Below, piece after piece: positions 38,985 to 47,071 of a stretch of 64,000 nucleotides of DNA. This DNA comes from an uncultured bacterium (lineage in GTDB: Bacteria > Desulfobacterota_D > UBA1144 > Nemesobacterales > UBA2774). The position numbers were made by a program, and so were the translations under genes. The DNA is taken from contig CAVPJU010000006.1 in NCBI GenBank assembly GCA_963705505.1, forward strand, positions 332,446 through 396,445, given 5' to 3'. How positions within the stretch are numbered: the stretch's first letter is position 1; each line of letters starts with the position of its first letter. Under the pieces are notes generated by a model. That model did no database searches and was not told where the DNA came from. It saw nothing but the letters and a program-made list of their open reading frames with translations.

Positions 38985-39443
38985 ATGAAACAGTTAATCG
39001 CGGTATTTTTAGCTCTCTTGTTCTCGGCTTCGGCTCTAAGCGCACACGAACATCACGCCCCGCACGGGGGGACTTTAGTCGAGTTCGGTGAGGAATTCGC
39101 GCACCTGGAGCTTGTCCTGGATCCCGGGACAGGGACCCTGACCGGCTATTCTCTCGACGGGGAAGCTGAAAATCCTGTACGCATAGAGCAGGATGATATA
39201 GAGATTCGAATCACGGCTGTAAACACGCAAGGCGTAGGAGAGGGTAAAATAATCTATACTTTAAAATTAGAGGCTGTGCCGAACGTTCTCACGGGCGAGA
39301 CACTGGGCGACACTTCCGAATTTACCGCCCAATCGGATAAATTGAAGGGTGCACAGAACTTCGACGGGGTTATTTCAGCTATAAATATTAAGGGACAAAG
39401 TTTCAAAGATGTTAAATTCAGGTTTCCAGAGGGAAATGAGTAA
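38985..39443 (+). CDS. Periplasmic His-rich putative metal-binding protein (mature N-terminus HEHHAPHGG...)
   Basis: Signal peptide MKQLIAVFLALLFSASALSA, then HEHHAPHGGTLVEFGEEFAHLE. A His at position 3 of the predicted mature protein would give an ATCUN-like N-terminus. Confidence 0.55.
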   Translation: MKQLIAVFLALLFSASALSAHEHHAPHGGTLVEFGEEFAHLELVLDPGTGTLTGYSLDGEAENPVRIEQDDIEIRITAVNTQGVGEGKIIYTLKLEAVPNVLTGETLGDTSEFTAQSDKLKGAQNFDGVISAINIKGQSFKDVKFRFPEGNE

Positions 39444-39448
39444 ATCAT

Positions 39449-40000
39449 TTGAAGAGAACCGATCTCATCAGGAGCAACAAATTGAATGATAGGAAACGCA
39501 TAAACTGGAACAGGATAATAACAAAAGCCCTTGTAGTCTGCAGTATTCTGTTCTTGCCCATACTCGGTATTCATTACAGACCCACCCCGAGTTTCGATTA
39601 TTCCGCTGTGAATGCGCTTGAAACTGAAAACGGGGCGATAAAAGTCGACTTCGATTTCCTGGGAGGGTTCGACTACGAAAAAGAAGAGAAAATTCCGGAA
39701 AAGGTTAAAGACCTTAACGGTAAAACGATCAAAGTGATCGGATTTATGCTGCCCATCGATTTTGACTCGGGTGTGGTCAAGAGCTTTATGTTACTCAAGA
39801 ATCAGATGGGGTGCTGCTTCGGAATAATGCCGAGGGTAAATGATTTTGTATACGTGGAAATGCCTGAAGGACAAAGTGCAAAGTATATCATGGACACTCC
39901 CCTGAGAGTCACAGGCAGGCTCGAAGTCGTCAAAGAGAACCTCGTGGGCGGACTATATTCAATGACCGCAGACAAGGTGGAGGTCTTTAAGAATTATTGA
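39449..40000 (+). CDS. DUF3299-domain protein (periplasmic partner of MacB-type metal ABC transporters)
   Basis: N-terminal TM, then ...IKVIGFMLPIDFDSGVVKSFMLLKNQMGCCFGIMPRVNDFVYVEMPEG... matching the DUF3299 G(F/Y)..P.....F.L......C.h.P..N..V.V pattern. Confidence 0.6.
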   Translation: MKRTDLIRSNKLNDRKRINWNRIITKALVVCSILFLPILGIHYRPTPSFDYSAVNALETENGAIKVDFDFLGGFDYEKEEKIPEKVKDLNGKTIKVIGFMLPIDFDSGVVKSFMLLKNQMGCCFGIMPRVNDFVYVEMPEGQSAKYIMDTPLRVTGRLEVVKENLVGGLYSMTADKVEVFKNY

Positions 40001-40253
40001 GTGCTTCAAGCGGGATAGACTCGTCTATAAGCAATATCGGTATTTCGTCTCTGATCGGATAAAGGTATTTCCGGTCTTCTTTCCGTATAAGCCCCCCGTC
40101 GATCTTCTCAGAAACCCTTTGTTTTGACCTGTTCAGCAGCTCGCCCTTTTCTATAAGCAGGTTTATTCTTTCAACAATCTCGGGCTCTGCAATGACCAGG
40201 TCCTGCTTTGTTTCGGGACAGGCTATTATGTCAAGCAATTCCTTGTCTATCAT
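39987..40253 (-). CDS. Trm112/YcaR (DUF343) family protein
   Basis: MIDKELLDIIACPETKQDLV....IPILLIDESIPL is a Trm112-like zinc-ribbon-derived fold. Confidence 0.7.
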   Translation of the reverse strand: MIDKELLDIIACPETKQDLVIAEPEIVERINLLIEKGELLNRSKQRVSEKIDGGLIRKEDRKYLYPIRDEIPILLIDESIPLEALNNS

Positions 40254-40361
40254 AATTTACCCGGGGCAGTCAATTTCGGCTAAAAAAAATTTTACTGGTA
40301 TCGAGCGCCTTAATCATTAGAATACATATATGAAGATTAAATGCAAAAGGAGCATAAAAAC

Positions 40362-41165
40362 ATGAATAAAGTTTCTCTGATTTTACTGTTTTTCGCAGCT
40401 ATTCTGATCGGCTCGGCAGCCGGGACAACTGCAGCACCCGGTGCGGGGGATAATGAAATAAAGATCGAAGCCGTTCCGAACTCTCCCGCTTTCCCCGGAG
40501 CAAAGGCACGGTTCGCCTCGCTCAAAGACGGAGACGTGCTCAAAAACCCCAACGTCTCGGTCGTAGTCGATGTCGAAAATTACGTGCTCGGGGTGCAGAC
40601 CGATAACGAAAGAGCGAAGGAAATAATGAATTCGAAGGAAGGACAGCACGCCCACATAATACTGGATAACGGCCCCTATCTGGCGGACTACACATCGGGG
40701 AAGCCTTTTAAAATTGGGGTGCTTACAGAAGGCCCCCATACATTGATAGTTTTTCCGAGCCGCTCTTATCACGAGAGTGTGAAATCGCCCGAGGCTGCCG
40801 ATATAGTCAATTTCTATGTCGGTAAGAAAGAAGGGGAATTCCTTATGGATAAATCCAAGCCGGCCATCATCTACAGCAGACCCAAGGGGAAATACGAGGG
40901 AGCCGGCGCTGAGAAGGTCATGCTCGACTTTTATCTCAATAACGTCGAGCTCAGCCCCGACGGATACAAAGCGAAGTACACGGTGAGGAAAAAGGATTCG
41001 GCGGGTGAAGTTACCTCGATCATTCTTACGGATTGGACCCCCGCATTCGTGACCGGACTCACGACCGGGGATTATGTCATAACTCTTCAGCTCCTGGATA
41101 AAGACGGGAACGTCGTCGAAGGACCCTTCAACAATGTGGAAAGGGTGATCAGTGTTGTGAGGTGA
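40362..41165 (+). CDS. Hypothetical secreted protein
   Basis: Signal peptide MNKVSLILLFFAAILIGSAAG with AAGGAG SD. I recognise no family. Confidence 0.5.
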   Translation: MNKVSLILLFFAAILIGSAAGTTAAPGAGDNEIKIEAVPNSPAFPGAKARFASLKDGDVLKNPNVSVVVDVENYVLGVQTDNERAKEIMNSKEGQHAHIILDNGPYLADYTSGKPFKIGVLTEGPHTLIVFPSRSYHESVKSPEAADIVNFYVGKKEGEFLMDKSKPAIIYSRPKGKYEGAGAEKVMLDFYLNNVELSPDGYKAKYTVRKKDSAGEVTSIILTDWTPAFVTGLTTGDYVITLQLLDKDGNVVEGPFNNVERVISVVR

Positions 41166-41456
41166 TTGAGCTGTCGATATGTGAAGCTTAATTACAGGGG
41201 AACCCGGGTTGTAGGACCATGCGCACGGCTAGTCGTTATCCCCCGTGCAACAAAAGATTGCGGCGGTGGGAGGAAGCCCGATAAATCCCGCCATACTGGA
41301 ATTAGCATCGGTCTATACTGAAACCTGCTTATATCATTAATATTATTTTGTTCCGCATGTGCCGGAAATTATGTCTTTATTTTAGTGACGGGTTTACAAA
41401 ATTTATTATTGTGGAATAATTAATGGCTTCCTGAAAGAAATGATGAGGTGATAGAG

Positions 41457-41696
41457 ATGTCTCAGAAATGCATGATAACCGGAAAGAGCCCCCTCGTAGG
41501 GAACAACGTTTCACATGCCAATAACAAGGTAAAACGCCGCCAGAACCCGAACCTCCAGTGGAAACACGTTTTCGTGCCGGAGCTCGACCGCAACGTGAGA
41601 ATCCGGGTTTCGACGCGAGCCATAAGGACAATCAATAAAAAGGGACTTTCCGCCTTCCTCAAGGACAACGGTCTCACGCTGAAGGACCTGATTTAA
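41457..41696 (+). CDS. rpmB: 50S ribosomal protein L28 (C-minus type, no CxxC pairs)
   Basis: MSQKCMITGKSPLVGNNVSHANNKVKRRQNPNLQWKHVFVPELDRNVRIRVSTRAIRTINKKG. Confidence 0.85.
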   Translation: MSQKCMITGKSPLVGNNVSHANNKVKRRQNPNLQWKHVFVPELDRNVRIRVSTRAIRTINKKGLSAFLKDNGLTLKDLI

Positions 41697-41750
41697 ATCC
41701 CGATATAAAACACTGGAATTTCCACCGGCCACGATTATATTAATTATCGT

Positions 41751-42170
41751 ATGTCTATAAATACAAGACTCAGAGAGGGCCGCTACATCTTTAGGGCAGC
41801 TCAACGGGCAAAAAATATATTGAGCGATGAGAGCACAGTGAGGGATCTCATAGGCTCGGCCTCAGCCAAAATAGAATCCGGCGGCAGCAGATTAACATCC
41901 ATGAAGAACGACCTCGGGACGCTTCTCGAGCTTCTTAAAGCCTGGATAAGCGGTGATTACAGGGAGCTGCCCTGGACGAGTTTACTGATGGTGACAGGCG
42001 CGGTTATCTATTTCGTAAACCCCTTTGACGCAATCCCCGACATTCTGCCCGCATCAGGGCTTCTCGATGACGCGGGCGTGATAGGCTTCGTACTGGCGTC
42101 CATGAAGAGCGATATCGAGAATTTCAGGAAGTGGCAATCAAACGCGATATCCCCTGACGCCTCTTTTTAA
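41751..42170 (+). CDS. YkvA/DUF1232 family membrane protein
   Basis: ...LPWTSLLMVTGAVIYFVNPFDAIPDILPASGLLDDAGVIGFVLA... is the DUF1232 signature. Confidence 0.6.
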   Translation: MSINTRLREGRYIFRAAQRAKNILSDESTVRDLIGSASAKIESGGSRLTSMKNDLGTLLELLKAWISGDYRELPWTSLLMVTGAVIYFVNPFDAIPDILPASGLLDDAGVIGFVLASMKSDIENFRKWQSNAISPDASF

Positions 42171-42195
42171 TCGAGACAGCCGGCTTACTAACCTT

Positions 42196-44151
42196 TTAAC
42201 TCTCGAGATGCTCGAATTCTTCCCTGAGGTGCTGAACCACAGACTGGTCGGCAAGTGTCGTCGTATCCCCGAGAACCGTCCCTTCGGCAATGTTTCGCAG
42301 GAGCCTCCTCATTATCTTTCCGCTCCTCGTTTTAGGGAGCTCCGCCGTGAATATAATTTCGTCGGGCCTCGCAATCGCCCCTATCTTTTTTGTCACATGC
42401 GCCCTTAATTCCTCCACGAGGTCCTTATCGAACTTGACGCTTTTCTTAAGTGTAGTGAATGCGACTATGGCCTGCCCCTTCAGCTCATCGTTCCTGCCGA
42501 TCACAGCGGCCTCGGCGACAGAATGATGATCGACGAGGGCGCTCTCAACCTCCATCGTGCTGATCCTGTGCCCCGCGACGTTCATGACGTCGTCGACCCT
42601 GCCTAGAAGCCAGAAATAACCGTCTCCGTCCCTTTTAGCGCCGTCACCCGTAAAATAGACGCCCGGGAACCTGCTCCAATACTGGTCCACGTAGCGTTGC
42701 GGGTCGCCGTAAATGGTCCTCAGCATAGAGGGCCACGGACCCCTTATAACGAGGTAGCCCGCGCCTTCTTTAATTGACTTGCCCTTTTCGTCGACTATAT
42801 CCGCCTCGATGCCCGGGAACGGCGTAGTCGCGGAGGCCGGCTTTAATTTTGTAATTCCCGGCAGCGGCGTAATGAGTATCGACCCCGTCTCGGTCTGCCA
42901 CCACGTATCGACGATAGGACATTTGCTATTGCCGATATTGATGTAATACCACATCCAGGCCTCGGGGTTTATCGGCTCCCCTACGGAGCCCAGCAGACGG
43001 AGCGAGCTCAGGTCGTATTTTTTCGGGTATTCCTCACCCCACCTCATAAAAGTCCTGATCGCGGTAGGGGCCGTATAAAAGATATTCACGCGGTATTTTT
43101 CGACAATCTCCCAGAACCTGCCTATATCCGGATAGTCGGGCGCGCCTTCGTACATGAGAGACGTAGCGCCGTTAGCCAGGGGGCCGTAGATGATATAGCT
43201 GTGCCCCGTCACCCACCCGATGTCGGCGGTGCACCAGTAAGTATCCTCCTCCTTTAAGTCGAATACCCATTTGGTAGTGGCGTAAACGCCGACGAGATAG
43301 CCGCCTGTCGTGTGGACTACCCCCTTGGGCTTCCCCGTAGTCCCGCTAGTATAGAGCATGAAGAGCATGTCTTCGCTGTCCATCTTCTCGGGCTCGCAAT
43401 AGGAAGAGGCCTTTTCCATCAGCTCATGCCACCAGAAGTCCCTCCCTTTCTTCATTTTGATTTCGGTTTTTTCGCCTACCCTCTTCACGACGACGACCTT
43501 TTCTATGCTCGGCGTATTTTTAAGCGCTTCGTCGGAATTCACCTTGAGAGGGACTATCCCTCCCCTTCTGTACCCGCCGTCCGATGTTATGAGCACCCTG
43601 GCCTGTGAATCGTTTATCCTGTCCCTGAGGCTCTCCGCGCTGAACCCTCCGAATACTATGCTGTGGGGAGCGCCGATCCTCGCGCAGGCGAGCATTGCGA
43701 CCGCAAGCTCGGGGATCATCGGGAGGTAAATCGTTATCCTGTCTCCTTTATTAACGCCGAGCCCCTTGAGCACGTTCGCAAACTTGTTGACCTCCCTGTA
43801 GAGCTCCCAGTATGTGAGCGTGACGCTCTCCCCGGATTCTGACTCCCAGATTATCGCGGCCTTATTCTTTCTGGCCGTATCTATATGCCTGTCGAGACAG
43901 TTGTATGAGACGTTCAGCTTGCCGCCTGTAAACCACTTGGCATGGGGAAGCTTCCACTTGAGGACTTTTTTCCATTTCTTATACCAGTCGAGCTCTTTCG
44001 CAAAACTCTCCCAGAATTTTTCCCTGTCGCGAGCCGCTTTCTTATAGACCGACTCGCTCATAACAGCGGCGTTCTTCCTGAATTTCTTGGCGGGTGAAAA
44101 TGTGCGGCCTTCCCTGAGTAAATCCTCTATCGTTTTTTGCGCATTAGCCAT
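42196..44151 (-). CDS. acs: Acetyl-coenzyme A synthetase (acetate--CoA ligase)
   Basis: 651 aa with AMP-binding [12 protein letters not shown], ...WWQTETG..., and C-terminal ...[15 protein letters not shown]. Confidence 0.95.
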   Translation of the reverse strand: MANAQKTIEDLLREGRTFSPAKKFRKNAAVMSESVYKKAARDREKFWESFAKELDWYKKWKKVLKWKLPHAKWFTGGKLNVSYNCLDRHIDTARKNKAAIIWESESGESVTLTYWELYREVNKFANVLKGLGVNKGDRITIYLPMIPELAVAMLACARIGAPHSIVFGGFSAESLRDRINDSQARVLITSDGGYRRGGIVPLKVNSDEALKNTPSIEKVVVVKRVGEKTEIKMKKGRDFWWHELMEKASSYCEPEKMDSEDMLFMLYTSGTTGKPKGVVHTTGGYLVGVYATTKWVFDLKEEDTYWCTADIGWVTGHSYIIYGPLANGATSLMYEGAPDYPDIGRFWEIVEKYRVNIFYTAPTAIRTFMRWGEEYPKKYDLSSLRLLGSVGEPINPEAWMWYYINIGNSKCPIVDTWWQTETGSILITPLPGITKLKPASATTPFPGIEADIVDEKGKSIKEGAGYLVIRGPWPSMLRTIYGDPQRYVDQYWSRFPGVYFTGDGAKRDGDGYFWLLGRVDDVMNVAGHRISTMEVESALVDHHSVAEAAVIGRNDELKGQAIVAFTTLKKSVKFDKDLVEELRAHVTKKIGAIARPDEIIFTAELPKTRSGKIMRRLLRNIAEGTVLGDTTTLADQSVVQHLREEFEHLES

Positions 44152-44440
44152 TCGGCGAACCCCCTTTAAGAATTACAATAGCAGTAAGATACTCAATACT
44201 AACAAAATTCGTGGGGGATTTGAACACTATTTTTTATCGGGCGAGCCGCGAGCTATTACTCGATTGCCGGAAAACGCCGAATACGTTTATTACTCTATCT
44301 GTCGCCGGAATTTATCAGAACCTGTATTGCGTGCCGAAATTTAGATGTATCAGATTTACAATACGGAAGATCCCCCTGTTCGCGGGGTAAGCACGGAAAA
44401 ACTATTAATGTAAGGCGGACAGATAGAAAAACGAATTCCC

Positions 44441-46168
44441 CTATTTCGCCGTGTCGAAAGCGGGCGGCGGAAGGAGGGGCGGCTTTTCTTTTTTAGAAGA
44501 CTCGCGCTGGAACTCCATCTCGGAGACGAGTATGCTGGGCGATACGGTGGACACGGGCACGTAACCCGATTCCGCGCCGCAGAACCCGTTGAAAACACCG
44601 TAGTCGTCGCCCGTCGCGATGATTTTATTCACTGTCACGATAGGGGTCCCGACGATTTCGATGTCCCTTACCGGGGTCTCTTCTCCTGTCTTCGGATCGA
44701 CCTTGTATAAAACGAGCGGCGTTCCTCTGAAAGCCTGGAAGTTATAGGAAGACGTATTGGTCTCGCCCTCCTGCATGCTTTTTATAATGAGGCCGAACGG
44801 CTTATTCTGACGTTTTACCTCTTCGATCAGAAGCTCTTTCAGTTTCTCCTTCGGGTATTCCTTGGAGGACTCGATTATGGTGTTGCTCATCCTCGCCATG
44901 GGTGCCTGTCCGTAGGACGCTCTGCCGTGGCCGTTTGAATTCTGAAACCCTTTTACCGGCGTCCTGGACAGGAGGAAGTTTTTAAGAACCCCATTTTCCA
45001 CGAGCACCGTCCTCTGTCCGGGCACGCCCTGGTCATCGAACGGATAATAGCCCATAAGGTAAGTTCCCTTAAAGCTCTTCATCGAGGGGTCGTCTATTAT
45101 CGAAAGGAAGCCCGGTATTATCTTCTTCCCGACCTTTTCCTTGAAGGTCTGCCCCTCGTCGTCGTCTATCTGCCTTTCCCCTTCCAACCTGTGCCCCACC
45201 GCTTCGTGGAAGACCACTCCCGCAGCCTCGGGCTCGAGGAGAGCGGGTACGCTCAAAGGCGGGATAACTTCGGCCGCCTTCATTCTGAGGGTCTCTTCAA
45301 CCATTCCCTTTATGGTCTTCTTTAATTCCTCTACGGGCGGTATATCCCCTTCGGTGACGTAGTAAAGATTCCTGTAGTTCTCGATAACCCTACCGTCGTC
45401 GGCCCTCGCCGAAACCTCGGCGTCTATCGAGTATAGAATTTCGTCCCTAAGATATCGAGTGCCCTCGGTGTTTACGAAATAGACCGTTTCCTTCTGGGCA
45501 GAGACCGAGAGGTCGGCGTTGAGGAGATCCTTGTAATCTTTATAAATCGAAGAAACCTCCCTCACCGTCTGCTCCCATTTCCCGGGGTCGAAGTCCAGAG
45601 TCAGCTCGGGACCGTAAAAGACGTTACTCTTTTCCCTTGTAAAGCTCCCGAAATCCTCCTCCTTTACCTGCTGCACATTTTCTGCCTTCTTATTCAGGTA
45701 CTGGGCGAGCGCTTCCTTGTAAGCATAGTCTGTGACCTGCCAGAGGACGGTCCTGATCGCATCGGGATCGTTATCCAGAGGCACGGAGGAAGCCCCGTCG
45801 AACGGAATCCCGCCCCCGGACCTGCCCTTGATGGAATTATCGAACCGGTAGTCTCCTACACGCACATCGACGAAAAGACGCCTTATCCTGGTCTTGTCGG
45901 ATGTGACGATTGCACCGTACTTACCCTCTATATTGTAATAAGTGTTGTCCTTGATCTGATAGCTGATGAAATAAGGGTTCTCGTAACCTTCGAGCTTGAG
46001 CTTTTTCTGAGACCTCGCGAGCTCATCCTTCATCGCACCGAGCACGACCATGTCGCCCCGCTGAGCCTGCTCCTGACCGGGACCCGCCGCTCGTACTCGA
46101 GGCGCAGAAATAATGAATATCAGGAATAAGATCTGTATAAGACCGTATATTTTTTGTTGTTTACTCAT
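44441..46168 (-). CDS. TldD/PmbA family (peptidase U62) protein, secreted
   Basis: Signal peptide plus ...AVGHRLEGERQIDDDEGQTF...GYYPFDDQGVPGQRTVLVENGVLKNFLLSR.... Confidence 0.75.
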   Translation of the reverse strand: MSKQQKIYGLIQILFLIFIISAPRVRAAGPGQEQAQRGDMVVLGAMKDELARSQKKLKLEGYENPYFISYQIKDNTYYNIEGKYGAIVTSDKTRIRRLFVDVRVGDYRFDNSIKGRSGGGIPFDGASSVPLDNDPDAIRTVLWQVTDYAYKEALAQYLNKKAENVQQVKEEDFGSFTREKSNVFYGPELTLDFDPGKWEQTVREVSSIYKDYKDLLNADLSVSAQKETVYFVNTEGTRYLRDEILYSIDAEVSARADDGRVIENYRNLYYVTEGDIPPVEELKKTIKGMVEETLRMKAAEVIPPLSVPALLEPEAAGVVFHEAVGHRLEGERQIDDDEGQTFKEKVGKKIIPGFLSIIDDPSMKSFKGTYLMGYYPFDDQGVPGQRTVLVENGVLKNFLLSRTPVKGFQNSNGHGRASYGQAPMARMSNTIIESSKEYPKEKLKELLIEEVKRQNKPFGLIIKSMQEGETNTSSYNFQAFRGTPLVLYKVDPKTGEETPVRDIEIVGTPIVTVNKIIATGDDYGVFNGFCGAESGYVPVSTVSPSILVSEMEFQRESSKKEKPPLLPPPAFDTAK

Positions 46169-46270
46169 ACAATGAAAGGTTAGCCATGATAAGGAAGCAT
46201 GTAAAGAATAGATCGCCAGGGGGCCAGTTAAAAAGGAGCGCGCAAAAACGTTGGCCCGCGAGCGCCCGGG

Positions 46271-47071
46271 CTATCTCAAATACATGAACACGATAATTAC
46301 CGCGAGTATCAGGCGGTATATCACAAAGAGCGTATAGCTCTCCTTCCGGACGAACCTGAGCAGGTACTTGATCGCAAGGTAAGAAAAAATGGCAGAAGCA
46401 AAAAAACCGGCGATAAACGGAGCGCTCGCCGCGTCGGCGTAAGAGAGGTGTCTTGATTCGAAGATCCCCGCGCCCGCTATCAGGGGAGCAGCGAGAAGGA
46501 AGGAGAACTTAGCGGCTTCGTCCCGTTTAAAGTTCCTGAACATGGCTCCCGTGATAGTAATCCCCGACCGCGAGACGCCGGGAATAATCGCCAGTGCCTG
46601 AGCGAGGCCGACTATTATACAGTCGGTCAGGTTCATTTCCTCAATCGATTTGAATCTCCTCGAAAACCTGTCTGAAAAATAGAGGAGCAAGCCGAAAGCG
46701 GAAAGCGTGAACGCGATGGATAAGGGGTTGCGGAACAGTCCGGCTGCCTCTTTTTCGAAGAGGAACCCGGAAAGCGCTCCCGGAACCGTGCCTATCAGTA
46801 TAAACATGCCGATCCTGCCGCTAGGCCGCCCCTCGAAGCTCCTCTCCGCCACGCTTTTCAAAAAGTCGCTTACTATAAGCATCCAGTCCCGCCAAAAAAA
46901 TAAAATAATCGCAGCGAGACTCCCCACATGGAGCGCTACATCGAATGTAAGGCCCTGGTCTTTCCATGAAAAGAACCACGGGAGCAGCACGAGGTGAGCT
47001 GTGCTGCTTATCGGCAAAAACTCGGTAATCCCCTGTATCGCCCCCAGCACTATCGACTGTATCAAGTCCAT
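46271..47071 (-). CDS. uppP: Undecaprenyl-diphosphate phosphatase
   Basis: MDLIQSIVLGAIQGITEFLPISSTAHLVL... and ...PGVSRSGITITGAM.... Confidence 0.9.
   Translation of the reverse strand: MDLIQSIVLGAIQGITEFLPISSTAHLVLLPWFFSWKDQGLTFDVALHVGSLAAIILFFWRDWMLIVSDFLKSVAERSFEGRPSGRIGMFILIGTVPGALSGFLFEKEAAGLFRNPLSIAFTLSAFGLLLYFSDRFSRRFKSIEEMNLTDCIIVGLAQALAIIPGVSRSGITITGAMFRNFKRDEAAKFSFLLAAPLIAGAGIFESRHLSYADAASAPFIAGFFASAIFSYLAIKYLLRFVRKESYTLFVIYRLILAVIIVFMYLR

Noticed and set aside
44217-44236. 13-nt identity (GGGGGATTTGAAC) to the T-arm region of the tRNA-Leu gene; considered as a tRNA 3' fragment or integration scar
   Set aside because: About 60 chance 13-mer matches are expected in 64 kb on both strands. 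No complementary T-stem half, integrase or island boundary is nearby.
44152-44440. Small + strand ORF 44087..44344 and the acs/TldD intergenic region as a possible sRNA or gene
   Set aside because: The ORF overlaps the acs start region antisense and has no SD or recognisable family. The region contains only weak hairpins.
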